From the sequence record PQ850628.1: a stretch of 64,000 bases of DNA; one strand, given 5' to 3'. The translations under genes and the position numbers were made by a program. Positions 1 to 10,635 of the stretch are shown here, piece by piece (the first letter of the stretch is position 1; each line of letters begins with the position of its first letter). The DNA is from Escherichia phage StefiGeyer_Bas88. The notes beneath the pieces are model-generated. The model was not told the origin of the DNA and did no database searches. It saw only the letters and a program-made list of their open reading frames with translations.

Positions 1-1025
1 AGGGAAGATATAACACTTTACACATCGACGCATCTCGTTCCAATGCTATATATGGTGCATCAGCTGATGAAATCATGGGTCGTAACTTTGTTGGTGTTTG
101 GACTATCCGTGCTCATGGTGGATTCACTGCTGCTAATACTTCTTGGTCTGTTATTAACAGTGATGCCTCAGAACCTCCTAGTGGTACACCGATTACTGGT
201 GGTTTGGTTTCTTCTAAATACCTAGTGGGTGGTGTAGATAAGTACCGTTCTTCCCTTCAACTACAAGGTGCTAACGAAGTCGATCTATCTACAAGACTTA
301 CAACAATAAACGATAGGTATGCAATTGGGGCAGCTACTTGGGATTTTAAACTGGATGGTAAACTACTTTTTAATAAATCACTTACCCCCAATGGGATAGG
401 CTATTCTCCAGGGAATACATACCTAACCCTAGCTAATACATGGATGACCTCTCCTTACAGTGGATATGTTGGTTTCGTTGGTGGTGGTGTTGGGGTTTCT
501 GCTGGCGGTTGGAGAAACTTTATTTCTTTAGGGTCTTTGATTTTCCCTGATACAAGTCATCCTACTGCTGTTATTTCTCAGGTTTATGATTATGACCTTT
601 CTACAGGAAACCAACCTAATGGAGATATTGTCAGAAATACCTATTTCATTGCTGAGAGCTATGATATCACTTTTGGAAACAACAGTGGGACTACCAATTA
701 CATCTTCAGTAAGTCTCCAGTCTCTGACGAACGGCTAAAACATAGCATTAAGGAAGAAGGGACAGCCACAGCTCTTTCTAACTTAAATAAGATGGAGTAT
801 AAAACCTTTATCTATAATTATGATGAGAAAGCAACTACAAGGCGTGGATTTATTGCCCAGCAACTTGAAGCTATTGACCCTCAATATGTTAGGAAGTATA
901 AAACCTTCAAAGGTACTGATACCCTAGCTTTAGATGAGAATGTGTTGCTTTTAGATGCAATTGCTGCTATTCAAGAGCTTACCAAAAAGGTTGAGGCTTT
1001 AGAAGCAAAATTGGCAGAGAAGTAA
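1..1025 (+). CDS. tail fibre/tailspike, C-terminal part (5'-truncated at window edge) with self-cleaving intramolecular chaperone domain
   Basis: Reading frame is open from the window start. C-terminus has SDERLKHSIKE...GFIAQQLEAIDPQYV followed by a coiled coil, the signature of peptidase-S74-type chaperone domains of tail fibres and endosialidases. Confidence 0.6.
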   Translation, partial: GRYNTLHIDASRSNAIYGASADEIMGRNFVGVWTIRAHGGFTAANTSWSVINSDASEPPSGTPITGGLVSSKYLVGGVDKYRSSLQLQGANEVDLSTRLTTINDRYAIGAATWDFKLDGKLLFNKSLTPNGIGYSPGNTYLTLANTWMTSPYSGYVGFVGGGVGVSAGGWRNFISLGSLIFPDTSHPTAVISQVYDYDLSTGNQPNGDIVRNTYFIAESYDITFGNNSGTTNYIFSKSPVSDERLKHSIKEEGTATALSNLNKMEYKTFIYNYDEKATTRRGFIAQQLEAIDPQYVRKYKTFKGTDTLALDENVLLLDAIAAIQELTKKVEALEAKLAEK

Positions 1026-1028
1026 TAT

Positions 1029-1049
1029 AAGCCCCTTCGGGGGCTTTAG
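1029..1049 (+). terminator. stem-loop after tail fibre gene
   Basis: AAGCCCC-TTCG-GGGGCTT hairpin right after the stop codon; weak T-run. Confidence 0.35.
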
Positions 1050-1117
1050 TAGTAAGTCTGTTCAAGAAGTAATGAAACTACTATATCACAAAAGGAATAC
1101 ACATAGGAGATACGAAG

Positions 1118-1336
1118 ATGAAAATGATGAAACAAATCAGTTATGGGTTAGCTTGTGTTGCTACCGGTTTTGCTGTGTCAGTGGCTGTTCCTGTTAACGC
1201 TGTGCATCCTCTGGTAACACAACCTGCACCAGTTGAGAAATTGAGTGCATCATGCAAGCAGCGTACAATTCAAAATAATCTTGTGGTTATTTGTCCGGAC
1301 TCTGATTCTAGTGCTCTGAGAAATATGCTTCAGTAA
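1118..1336 (+). CDS. small exported/membrane-anchored protein next to endolysin (lysis accessory candidate)
   Basis: RBS AGGAGA upstream of ATG; N-terminal hydrophobic segment (LACVATGFAVSVAVPVNA); position immediately upstream of lysozyme. Confidence 0.35.
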   Translation: MKMMKQISYGLACVATGFAVSVAVPVNAVHPLVTQPAPVEKLSASCKQRTIQNNLVVICPDSDSSALRNMLQ

Positions 1337-1366
1337 TTTAGGGCTGACTAGAAAGGGAGGTGAAAA

Positions 1367-1858
1367 ATGGATAATGTCGCATTGCCACCGATACAACTGA
1401 GCTTAAGCCCAGAAGGGATGGAATTCATCATGAAGCATGAAGGTATGAGAACTCGTGCTTACCAAGATTCCGCAGGTATCTGGACGATATGTGTTGGGGC
1501 TACGCGCGATATGAATGGGTATCCAGTTAGACAGGGATTAACGTATTCTATAGAGGATTGTCTAGCTCTGCTAGATAGAGACACACAAGACTCTGTTCGT
1601 GCTACTCAGAAAAATATAAGGGTTCCTTTGTTTACTAATGAGTTTGATGCTTTAACCTCTTTCAACTTTAATGTTGGCGGTACAGCTCTCGCTACTTCTA
1701 AACTAAGGAAAGTGATCAACGGAGATGTTAGAGGTGATGTTTACTCTGAGTTTTTGCGTTGGGATAAAATAACAGTCAGAGGTGTAAAACAACAGAGTCC
1801 GGGACTTCACAACCGAAGGGTTGCAGAAGCAGACCTATACACCACAGGTAAATACTAA
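1367..1858 (+). CDS. endolysin, T4/P22-type lysozyme (GH24 fold)
   Basis: HEGMRTRAYQDSAGIWTICVGAT and VPLFTNEFDALTSFNFNVG match the catalytic Glu/Asp/Thr region of phage lysozymes; strong RBS GGGAGG. Confidence 0.85.
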   Translation: MDNVALPPIQLSLSPEGMEFIMKHEGMRTRAYQDSAGIWTICVGATRDMNGYPVRQGLTYSIEDCLALLDRDTQDSVRATQKNIRVPLFTNEFDALTSFNFNVGGTALATSKLRKVINGDVRGDVYSEFLRWDKITVRGVKQQSPGLHNRRVAEADLYTTGKY

Positions 1859-1870
1859 TGGAGGTGCCTT

Positions 1871-2674
1871 TTGGCTATTGAAACTACAGCGGTAGTCACT
1901 ACCGATTTAAACCCCCTGTACCCTCGTGACAGGGATTATATTTATGAAGGGGCGGCTCAACTCCGCCTTATCAAACAAGTCTTGATTAACACATTCCCTA
2001 ACATCACTGAACCAGTGAACCTTTCTTCTGAATCCTTTAAGGCTTTGTCAGAGAAAATCACCTTTACTGGCGATGCTATGGATGTTGGTAATCTGATGAT
2101 TAAAAACCTGACTCCGGGCACTGGTGATAAAGATGCTGTAACCAAAGGTCAGATGGAAGCTTTCATGTTGAATTGGATGCAGAACAAACTGTATCGTATT
2201 GGTGCTTACTACATCACTGAAGAAGATATCAACCCCGGTGATTCTAGTTCTCTCGGTTTTGGCTCTTGGGCTAAAGTTACTGGTGTTGTTATGGGTACTG
2301 GTGTTGTCAACCCCGATGGGTCTGTTCCTAACGCCCAACGTGTTGAGTTCCAAGCAGGCGGTACAGGTGGTCGTGTGTTTAATACAGTTCGTACTGAGAA
2401 TATGCCTCTAACTACAATCAATGGTTCTAGTTTCCAAGTTAGCTCCTACTCTCACGCACACAACATTACGATGGGCCGAGGGGATGCTAGTGGTCATAAC
2501 AGCAGCCCTAACTGGTATAGTCCGGGTGGTGGTTATACTCAAGTAACTGACACAAACACTCACTCACACTCAATCTCAGGTTCTGTTAGTTTTGGTTATG
2601 ATGATATTTCTCGTCAACCTATCAACACATTACCGCCATTCCGAGCAGCACATATTTGGAGACGTATTAGCTAA
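1871..2674 (+). CDS. tail fibre-like structural protein (TTG start)
   Basis: GGAGG RBS 6 nt before TTG; Gly/Ser/Thr-rich beta-type sequence in the tail-fibre gene block. Confidence 0.35.
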   Translation: MAIETTAVVTTDLNPLYPRDRDYIYEGAAQLRLIKQVLINTFPNITEPVNLSSESFKALSEKITFTGDAMDVGNLMIKNLTPGTGDKDAVTKGQMEAFMLNWMQNKLYRIGAYYITEEDINPGDSSSLGFGSWAKVTGVVMGTGVVNPDGSVPNAQRVEFQAGGTGGRVFNTVRTENMPLTTINGSSFQVSSYSHAHNITMGRGDASGHNSSPNWYSPGGGYTQVTDTNTHSHSISGSVSFGYDDISRQPINTLPPFRAAHIWRRIS

Positions 2675-2683
2675 GGAGGTAGC

Positions 2684-5600
2684 ATGGCTCTCTATCCAAT
2701 TAAATCACTAGGCGCAGTTGGGGTTATCGCTGACCAAGCACCTACTGACTTAGCACCAAATGCTTTTACTAACGCTATTAATGCTCGGTTTGTTGAGCAG
2801 AGAGTCTTTAAGACGGGGGGCAATGCCCCTCTTTCTTATGTAGACGAAGATAAAGATCTGACTCCTCTCTCATTCCTTTCAATGCCTTTCGACTATTATA
2901 GCGCAGGTAATAGCTTTCTTGTGGTAGGTACAGATAAGAAACTGTATAAACTTACCGACGAGAGTTTAACTGATATCAGCCGTAAGGTTGCTACAGCGAC
3001 AAAGAAAGCATCAGCGACAATTAAGATTTATCCAGTAGTCTCAAATATTGTTCCTAAAGAGACTTCTGTATCTATGAATTTTAACCAGACCAAGATTCTC
3101 GAAGTTGAAGTCACCCCTACAGATGCTCAAAATGCTAATCTAGTTTGGGAAGTAAGCAACTCTTCTTATGGTAGTATTGAAGTTGACCCTACTGACTCCA
3201 AGAAGGCTACCCTAACTTCTAAGTCTGTTGAAGGTAATTTAGTTGTGACAGTGAGCACATCTGATGAATCTATCTCAGCTCAGATTGCAGTTAATATCAT
3301 TGATGGTGATTCAGGTATCTATTTGAGCCAAGACACTTTGACTATGCGTAAAGGTGGTACATCAACCCTTACAGCAATTACAGGCAAACCATCTGTAACT
3401 TGGTCTTCCTCTAACCCATCCTTAGTTTCTGTTTCTCCTAATGCTAATACAAAGACAGTTGTTCTTACAGCTCTTGGAGAAGGACAGGTAACTATAACTG
3501 CTGATAATGGAACAAAGACTGCATCTTGTACAGTAACAGCAATACCTCAAATTGATAGCATCACATTAAGTCAGACAGACATTCAAATGAGTCGTGGTAC
3601 TCAGTACATCTTAACTGCAACAGTTAGTCCAGCTAACGCACCCAACCAAACAATCACTTGGACTTCTTCTAATACCAACATTGCTACAGTAAGTGGTACA
3701 GGTACAGAAGCTACAATAACTGGATTGCTTGCGGGGTATACAGAGATTACAGCAGTTACAGCGGAAGGAGGTCGTTCAGCAGTTTGTACTGTACGTGTTG
3801 ATTTATCTTCTCGTCTGGCAAGTAGGGCTATGTCAGCAATGACTATCACTACAGAAGATCCTGTAGAAGAACCAGTGGTTGGCTCAGAAGAAGTTACTTA
3901 TTTTGACGCTGATACAATTGGCATTGATACAACAGGGATGGCGGAAGGAAACAACTTCTACGACTACTCTAACGTCATGGACTTGGAAGGTTTTGGTAGA
4001 GCAGCAATGCTTGCTAATGATCCACCTTTGACTGGAGTTACTCTTGATGTTATTGATGCCTCTCTTGATGTAGGTGAAGAGATTGTTATCACAGCTACAG
4101 CATCTCCTACTGGAAGCTATACTTACAAGTGGACAGTTGATAAGAGTGGTTATGTTTCTACTACTTCTACAACTGACTCAACTTTGAAACTTACTGCTAT
4201 TCGTAAGGGTGAGGTTAAAGTGACTTGTACTGTAAGCCAGATGGTTCAGAAAGACTATGATGCGTTTGAAGATTATCCTTGGTATCATGCGATCATCTCT
4301 AACTGTGCAGTAGCAACTACTCACTACGAAACTCCTCAGGTTAAGGAATTCGATTCTGAATACTTCACTGATCTTCCGGGATGGGGCGAGCAGACGGTTG
4401 TTGATGCAGATGGTAATCCTTCTGTTAAGAAGTATAACTGGAAATGTGAACGAGTGAGAGCTTTTAACAATAGATTGTTTGCTCTGAATATGAGAGAGTC
4501 TAATGCCTCTGGTGTTACTACTCACTACCCTCTTCGTTTGCGTTGGTCTAACTTTGCAGAGGAAAACAAAGCCCCTCAGCTTTGGGATGATTATGCATAT
4601 GACCGAGCAGTGAGTTCTGACCTAGCAGCTAACATCGTAGGACAGACAGAAGCTCTTGAGAACGGTTATGCAGGATATATTGATTTGGCTGACTCTAATG
4701 GTAGTTTGTTAGATGTTCTTCCTCTGAAAGATTATCTGTTCGTTTACACTGAGTTTGAAACTTATATCGGCTCTCCTACCAACAACACCTATCAGCCTTT
4801 GATGTTTAAAAAGCTGTTTAACGATTCAGGGATACTTGCTCCTGAGTGTGTGGTGGAAGTTGAAGGTGGTCACTTTGTGGTAACTCAGAACGACGTCATT
4901 CTACACAATGGTGCTTCTAAGAAATCTATTGCTTCTAACCGAGTGAAGAATATGATCATTAATGAGATTTGTCTGGTGAACCCAATTGCTACACGAGTTC
5001 ATCTTCATCAGGATAAGAAAGAAGTATGGGTTCTTTATGTAGGTCCGGGTGAGCCTAAGGAAAGTTTTGCCTGTACTAAAGCAGCAGTATGGAATTATGA
5101 GTTCGATACTTGGTCTTTCCGTACGATTCCTTACTCTTACTGTATTGGTCTGGTTGATCCTCCGGTTCTGGAACGTGGTCCTATCTGGGCTGATTTCCAA
5201 GAGATCACTTGGGATGACCCTTCGATTGACAAACTAGTGTGGAGAAAAGATGCAACTAACTTCCGTCAGCGAGTTACAATCATAGGTTCTTTCTTGAAAG
5301 GATTTTACCAAGTTGATATAGGAGCTTTGGATTATATCTATGACAGAACAAATGATGTGGTTATAGAGAAGCCTCTGGAAATGAGACTAGAGAGAACGGG
5401 GATTGATTTTGATAACGTCACTAATGAATGGAATCAGAAACACATTAACCGATTTAGACCTCAAGTAACAGGAACAGGGACTTATACTTTTGAAGCAGGT
5501 GGTAGTCAATTCTCTAATGAGTATGGACACAACCACTCTACTAAAGAGTTTAGGGTTGGTGTAGATCGTCACGTAGCAGTCAGACTGAACCATCCATACC

Positions 5601-5689
5601 TATTCTATAATGTTATAGATAATGATGTTAACAGTAATGCGTCTATGAATGGTTTAACCATAGAGTTTGCTGTTGGCGGTCGAAGATAA
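2684..5689 (+). CDS. tail protein with bacterial Ig-like (Big_2-type) domains
   Basis: 1001 aa; repeated Ig-like modules such as ITATVSPANAPNQTITWTSSNTNIATVSGTG...TAEGGRSAVCTVRV; RBS AAGGAGG. Confidence 0.55.
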   Translation: MALYPIKSLGAVGVIADQAPTDLAPNAFTNAINARFVEQRVFKTGGNAPLSYVDEDKDLTPLSFLSMPFDYYSAGNSFLVVGTDKKLYKLTDESLTDISRKVATATKKASATIKIYPVVSNIVPKETSVSMNFNQTKILEVEVTPTDAQNANLVWEVSNSSYGSIEVDPTDSKKATLTSKSVEGNLVVTVSTSDESISAQIAVNIIDGDSGIYLSQDTLTMRKGGTSTLTAITGKPSVTWSSSNPSLVSVSPNANTKTVVLTALGEGQVTITADNGTKTASCTVTAIPQIDSITLSQTDIQMSRGTQYILTATVSPANAPNQTITWTSSNTNIATVSGTGTEATITGLLAGYTEITAVTAEGGRSAVCTVRVDLSSRLASRAMSAMTITTEDPVEEPVVGSEEVTYFDADTIGIDTTGMAEGNNFYDYSNVMDLEGFGRAAMLANDPPLTGVTLDVIDASLDVGEEIVITATASPTGSYTYKWTVDKSGYVSTTSTTDSTLKLTAIRKGEVKVTCTVSQMVQKDYDAFEDYPWYHAIISNCAVATTHYETPQVKEFDSEYFTDLPGWGEQTVVDADGNPSVKKYNWKCERVRAFNNRLFALNMRESNASGVTTHYPLRLRWSNFAEENKAPQLWDDYAYDRAVSSDLAANIVGQTEALENGYAGYIDLADSNGSLLDVLPLKDYLFVYTEFETYIGSPTNNTYQPLMFKKLFNDSGILAPECVVEVEGGHFVVTQNDVILHNGASKKSIASNRVKNMIINEICLVNPIATRVHLHQDKKEVWVLYVGPGEPKESFACTKAAVWNYEFDTWSFRTIPYSYCIGLVDPPVLERGPIWADFQEITWDDPSIDKLVWRKDATNFRQRVTIIGSFLKGFYQVDIGALDYIYDRTNDVVIEKPLEMRLERTGIDFDNVTNEWNQKHINRFRPQVTGTGTYTFEAGGSQFSNEYGHNHSTKEFRVGVDRHVAVRLNHPYLFYNVIDNDVNSNASMNGLTIEFAVGGRR

Positions 5690-5695
5690 CAACTA

Positions 5696-5719
5696 GGGAG
5701 CTTCGGCTCCCTTTTATTG
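5696..5719 (+). terminator. rho-independent terminator
   Basis: GGGAGC-TTCG-GCTCCC followed by TTTTATTG. Confidence 0.5.
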
Positions 5720-5738
5720 TTTATAATTGGAGGTACTT

Positions 5739-6749
5739 ATGGGTGCTGGAGGTTTTCGTAAGAATACTGGAAGAAACAACACCACACTTCCCTACAACGT
5801 TGGGTTTCTAAACAATGTAGAGGATACGGATAAATACAACGTTGCAGTTTATGATGAATTGCAGAAAGTCAGTACAGCAACTAACCAGATGTTCCAAGCA
5901 ATCGACGAGATTCATGAAGAGATAGATGTTCGTATTAAAGCTCTTAATGCAATGAACCTACAGTTTGATGAACTTGAGAACCGAATTACTACAGAGATTG
6001 AAACAGCTATTGCTGATATTCAAACACAGATGGGTAATCTTTCTACTGAAGACATTTGGGATAGAAGCACTAACCCTCCGACTAAACTAGATGGTACAGT
6101 TGCAGGTTTCAAAACTTCTATTGAAGGCAATGATTTAAAGATTCAGACAGTACAAGGTATTGTGAATGAACAAGGACAAGAGATTGCTTTAGTTCAGACA
6201 GAACTTACTGCTCAAGGTACTCAGATTGCCGAAGTGGATGGTAAGGTTACTACTGTACAGAACTCTCTTTCTCAATACATGAGACTAGATAGTTACGAAG
6301 CTACATGGGGTGTCAACTCTTCTGTTAATGGTCAGTATGCTGGTGTTAAACTAACTAACAACGGTACGAACAGCCAATTCCAAGTAACGGCTAATAAGTT
6401 TATTGTTGGTGATGGCAACTCTGGTAACACTCCTTTTGTTTTTGAAGGTGGTAGAGCTAGAATGGAATTCGCTGATATCAAGAATGTCAACATTACAACT
6501 GCTCAGATTGCTAATGCTCGAATCCAATTTGCTCAGATTGATAACGTATGGATTCAAGATGGACAGATTGCTAACCTTACTGCTAACAAAATTACTGCTG
6601 GTTCTATGAGCGGTTCTAACTGGAGACTTACAGTTGGTGGAGATTTTGTTATGGGCGGTACAGGTGGGGCACAGCTGTGGATGAATGGTAACAGGATTGA
6701 TTTCTATGATGGTGGTGGTGCTTTGAGAATTAGAATAGGGAGTTGGTAA
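5739..6749 (+). CDS. tail fibre / fibritin-like coiled-coil protein
   Basis: ATG at 5739 preceded by GGAGG; long heptad-like N-terminal half, Gly-rich C-terminal half. Confidence 0.4.
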   Translation: MGAGGFRKNTGRNNTTLPYNVGFLNNVEDTDKYNVAVYDELQKVSTATNQMFQAIDEIHEEIDVRIKALNAMNLQFDELENRITTEIETAIADIQTQMGNLSTEDIWDRSTNPPTKLDGTVAGFKTSIEGNDLKIQTVQGIVNEQGQEIALVQTELTAQGTQIAEVDGKVTTVQNSLSQYMRLDSYEATWGVNSSVNGQYAGVKLTNNGTNSQFQVTANKFIVGDGNSGNTPFVFEGGRARMEFADIKNVNITTAQIANARIQFAQIDNVWIQDGQIANLTANKITAGSMSGSNWRLTVGGDFVMGGTGGAQLWMNGNRIDFYDGGGALRIRIGSW

Positions 6750-6750
6750 T

Positions 6751-7782
6751 ATGGCATATGGAATATGGTGTCAACCTGTAGGACCGGGGCCAGCCTCTCC
6801 GGCTCCTTTGTTTATCGACAGTGGGAGTACATTCCCTCAGATTAAGAACTCTATTAGTGGGAGTTTCAACTTTAATGGGGGTGGGAGATCTTTCCCTATT
6901 AATGGTTGGGATGGTAGCGGTCAGATAATTATCGTCCCTACTGGATCTCTGTGCTGGCAGTGGGAAGTTCCTCCTAACTTGGTTCCTGATGTTTATTGTG
7001 TTAATAACATTTATGTAGAGAATAACTCCTCTTTCAGAGTTAACTTAAACCAGAATCCCGGAAGTAACCCCCTGTTTGATTGTGGGTTTAACGTTTACCA
7101 AATCTACCCAAGAGCTGACAGAAATTACGGTATTACCTTCTCTAATACAGCTGATTACTTCTCTATCTCTGATGCTGGTGTTGTTGGTCAGTGTATTTGG
7201 GCTTGGCAAGGGACTATAAACGGCGCTTTACAGATTCCTGACATTGGTGGGTTTTATATGCCTAATGCTGTAGTCTTTGCTAACTGGTCTGACGGAGGGA
7301 TTGGCCTTTCTTATACATCTGGAGATAGAGTAATCCGTGTATATCAGAACAGATCTTATAATAACGGAAACTCTAACGAAGGCGGTTCTGTATTTGCTAG
7401 GGTCGCAGTATTCTGTAATGGAGCAGGAGTTCCTGAGCACAATGGTGGATTAAATATTTATTCTCCCGGAACAACTCAGTGTGTGTTCTCTACTAATAGA
7501 ACACCTTTTACTGTTGATAATTTTGTAGGTTCTGCTGGAGGTGATACTGGTATGGCATACCCAATGATACCCCTCTCCTCTGGTGTAGGTGCTATTCGGG
7601 GTAGTGGTAGTGGTTGGTACTATCAGCAAATGAGATCTCATGTAATGACAGGATCTTCTATAGGGACTGGCTATGGTAGGTACATGTTCCAGTGGTCTAC
7701 CAATTATGACCTAGGTTCTAACTCTGCCATTAACATATCAATTCCGGTAATAAATGCGGCTAAAGTTTTTGCGGGTCTATAA
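6751..7782 (+). CDS. tail fibre/receptor-binding candidate
   Basis: Gly/Asn/Ser-rich 343-aa protein within the tail gene block; no enzymatic motif recognised. Confidence 0.3.
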   Translation: MAYGIWCQPVGPGPASPAPLFIDSGSTFPQIKNSISGSFNFNGGGRSFPINGWDGSGQIIIVPTGSLCWQWEVPPNLVPDVYCVNNIYVENNSSFRVNLNQNPGSNPLFDCGFNVYQIYPRADRNYGITFSNTADYFSISDAGVVGQCIWAWQGTINGALQIPDIGGFYMPNAVVFANWSDGGIGLSYTSGDRVIRVYQNRSYNNGNSNEGGSVFARVAVFCNGAGVPEHNGGLNIYSPGTTQCVFSTNRTPFTVDNFVGSAGGDTGMAYPMIPLSSGVGAIRGSGSGWYYQQMRSHVMTGSSIGTGYGRYMFQWSTNYDLGSNSAINISIPVINAAKVFAGL

Positions 7783-7795
7783 TAAGGAGGATTTT

Positions 7796-8590
7796 ATGAC
7801 AATTCGCATGGGAGTGTCTGAGCTTGACCCTATGGTCCAGCAAGCTTCTAAGAAGTACGGCATTCCTGCTGCTCTTATCCATGCAGTCATTCAGAGGGAG
7901 TCTAGTGGTAGACCTTCTGTTGCATCAGGTACAGGGCCAGTAGGTTTAATGCAAATCAGTAAAGGGTTGGCTAAAGACTATGGATACAAACTAGAAGATC
8001 GTTTAGACCCAGCCAAAAATATTGACATGGGTGCTAGATATATTCGTGATAATTTGAAAGCTTTTAATGGTGATGTGAAGAAAGCTATGGTGGGTTATTC
8101 TGAAGGGACTGGTGGAGCAAAACAAATGTTCGCTGGTAAGAAGGGGTTTACACCTCAAGCCTTGGATTCTATGAACAACAAAAACTTCCTCCCTTTCTAT
8201 ACAGCCAATGATGCTGCTGGTCAGGTGGCTAATCCGGTTGGGGCTTTACAATCAGCACAGCCAGTGAACCAATTCTCTCCTGAGTTGGTTACTAAAGAAG
8301 GTGCTGCTAATGCTCCTACTCAAGCTGAGATTGCTGCTGCTAAGACAGGAGCTCTAGGCGGTTCTCCTGCTGAGTTCTATTCTGACGATGCAGAAGAGGC
8401 TGGGGAAGATCAGAAACCACAACAGAACTTCGGTAATGCTGCACTAGCTGCTGCTGCGATGTTAGCAGGAAAGGCTCCTAAGTCTCAAACAGTTCAGAGA
8501 GCACATGCACCAACTCAAGCAGGTTCTCAATACAGCCCACAGACACAAGCCGTTCTTAGACGTTTGGCAAGTGTTGGTGTTATTAAATAA
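7796..8590 (+). CDS. virion-associated lytic transglycosylase (SLT domain) with Ala/Gln-rich C-terminus
   Basis: AVIQRESSGRPSVASGTGPVGLMQIS matches the SLT catalytic Glu and GLMQ motif; ATG at 7796 after AAGGAGG. Confidence 0.7.
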   Translation: MTIRMGVSELDPMVQQASKKYGIPAALIHAVIQRESSGRPSVASGTGPVGLMQISKGLAKDYGYKLEDRLDPAKNIDMGARYIRDNLKAFNGDVKKAMVGYSEGTGGAKQMFAGKKGFTPQALDSMNNKNFLPFYTANDAAGQVANPVGALQSAQPVNQFSPELVTKEGAANAPTQAEIAAAKTGALGGSPAEFYSDDAEEAGEDQKPQQNFGNAALAAAAMLAGKAPKSQTVQRAHAPTQAGSQYSPQTQAVLRRLASVGVIK

Positions 8591-8602
8591 TAAGGAGGAC
8601 GT

Positions 8603-9652
8603 ATGTCTTTATTCGGGTCTGCTTCTAAGACTAAAACTACAGTGGCTCCATCCTCTCAGGTTGATGCTCTGTTAAAACAGATTGTGGCTAATGCTCAGAA
8701 TATGAACAGCAATGATGCTGGATTTATTTCTCAGCAACTAGCTGGCCTTAACCCTAACCAACAAGCTGCTCTATCTAACTTAGCTAACTCTTCCACCTTG
8801 AATCAACTGAGTAATATGTACACTCCTCGGACACAACAAGGTCTGGATCAGATGAACACTTTGGCTCAGAGATATCAAGACTTGGCTAATAGTTCAATCA
8901 GTGCTAGTGATGTTAACAAGTTCAGTTCTGGTCTAAACAGTTCTGCACTGGCTCAGGCAACAGGAAAGGCTGCATCTAACGTATCTCTTGGTAATGGTTC
9001 TGATTCAGGATCTCTTCGTAGGGCTGCTGCTCAGGGTGCTGCTTTGAATTCTGCTAATACCAACCTGTCTCGTACTATCTCTGGTAAGAACTTAGGTGTT
9101 GACGCTTTAAGATCTAACAGTTCCTTCCAGCAAGGCCTTCTGAACGCACAAACAGGGTTGGCTGGACAAAACCTTAACCTCGGCTCTCAAGGCACTCAGG
9201 CAGCTCAACAGGCTATCCAGAATCAACTTACTGCTGGTAACTTACAACAGCAGCAAGATCAGACTCAAGCTGACCTTAATTGGCAGAATGCTATTGGCAG
9301 TCAACAGTATGGATGGAATCAACTCAACAACCAATTAAATGTATTAAACTCAGTAAGTCCTGTGGCTGGTTATACAATTACTAATAAAGGAGCCTCTCCT
9401 AACACATCCCAGCAAATTCTTGGTGCTGGAGTGACTGGTCTAGGTATTGCTGGTAGATTGGGTGCTTTCACTCCTAGTCAACAAACTCAGAATGCTTGGA
9501 ACTCTTATAATGCTTCGGGTGGTCAATCTGGTATGGCTGGTCCTATGATCGGTGGGTCTAACCTGTCCAATCAGAGTAATCAGAATAACTGGTTGTCTAC
9601 AGCTGGGAGTAATATTTTGGGTGGTGTTCTAGGTGCCTTCGGGGCAAACTAA
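8603..9652 (+). CDS. Q/N/S-rich internal virion protein (paralog A)
   Basis: Low-complexity Gln/Asn/Ser/Ala-rich 349 aa; shares NQ.EAL.NL...L..LS..Y....Q.GL block with the next gene. Confidence 0.45.
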   Translation: MSLFGSASKTKTTVAPSSQVDALLKQIVANAQNMNSNDAGFISQQLAGLNPNQQAALSNLANSSTLNQLSNMYTPRTQQGLDQMNTLAQRYQDLANSSISASDVNKFSSGLNSSALAQATGKAASNVSLGNGSDSGSLRRAAAQGAALNSANTNLSRTISGKNLGVDALRSNSSFQQGLLNAQTGLAGQNLNLGSQGTQAAQQAIQNQLTAGNLQQQQDQTQADLNWQNAIGSQQYGWNQLNNQLNVLNSVSPVAGYTITNKGASPNTSQQILGAGVTGLGIAGRLGAFTPSQQTQNAWNSYNASGGQSGMAGPMIGGSNLSNQSNQNNWLSTAGSNILGGVLGAFGAN

Positions 9653-9663
9653 GGAGGTAAATA

Positions 9664-10635
9664 ATGGCAGGTTTATTCGGTGGAGGGGGTAGCTCTTCTA
9701 CTTCCAAAATGACAAGACCTGAATATATTCAATCCTATATTGACCAACTGGTTAATCAGGTGAATAACACAAGTTCAGGCGATTATGTTTATAGAGATAA
9801 TGTAGGTTTCAATCAGAACCAAACTGAGGCTCTGAATAACCTTTCTCAATCAGGAGCACTTGGTGCTCTGTCTTCTCAATATATGGATGCTGCTCAATCT
9901 GGTCTGGGATATCTCGACCAAGCCAATTCAGGCTATAACAACCTATCTAACTCTGGTCAAATTACTGGTGAACAGATTGGTGCCTTGGCTGGTCAGCTCT
10001 ATGACGATGAAGCTGTTCAGTCTGCTATTACAGCTAACAATGAACAGACACAACAGGATTTGGCTCGTAATGCTCTACCTCAGTTGGCTCAGCAATATGC
10101 TGGACAGCAAGGTTCAGGTGCTAGAATGGCTAAATCTTTTGCTCAAGGTGATGCTCTTAATCAGATGCAGAACACAGCAACCAATATTACCAACAGTGCT
10201 TATGATTCAGCTCTTAATCAAGCTCAAAGCATTCTGTCAGGTAATAGACAATCTCAAGCTTCTGCTCTAAGTGGACTCTCTGGAATTGGTAGTTCTTTAT
10301 CTAATCTAGGAACCCAAGCAGGTCAACTATCCCAGCAGCAGATGAAGAATCAGTGGGCAGCAGGTTTGCAGCAACAGCAACAGCAACAAGCTGGTCTGGA
10401 TAATGCTTATACAAATGCTCAGAATGCAGCCAATTGGGGCTGGCAAGACATTAACAATCAACTCGGTGCAGCTGGTGTTCTCAACGGTGCTTTAGGTACT
10501 ACAACTACTAATAAGGTTTCAGGTGGTGGGAGTGGTTTCTTAGGCGGTGCTATGAGTGGCGCAGCAGCAGGCTCTTCCTTCGGACCTTGGGGTGCGTTAG
10601 CAGGTGGGGTTATCGGTGGGTTGGCTAGTTCTTAA
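9664..10635 (+). CDS. Q/N/S-rich internal virion protein (paralog B)
   Basis: Tandem paralog of 8603..9652; Gly-rich termini; RBS AAGGAGG. Confidence 0.45.
   Translation: MAGLFGGGGSSSTSKMTRPEYIQSYIDQLVNQVNNTSSGDYVYRDNVGFNQNQTEALNNLSQSGALGALSSQYMDAAQSGLGYLDQANSGYNNLSNSGQITGEQIGALAGQLYDDEAVQSAITANNEQTQQDLARNALPQLAQQYAGQQGSGARMAKSFAQGDALNQMQNTATNITNSAYDSALNQAQSILSGNRQSQASALSGLSGIGSSLSNLGTQAGQLSQQQMKNQWAAGLQQQQQQQAGLDNAYTNAQNAANWGWQDINNQLGAAGVLNGALGTTTTNKVSGGGSGFLGGAMSGAAAGSSFGPWGALAGGVIGGLASS

Noticed and set aside
9860-10270. ORFs lying inside longer genes in other frames or on the opposite strand (for example 9860..10270, 10880..11080, 11484..11909, 13769..14182, 25494..25751, 34832..35188, 53513..53875)
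   Set aside because: They are fully embedded in larger, motif-supported genes, lack an RBS, and have low-complexity or atypical composition; treated as frame-shadow artefacts.
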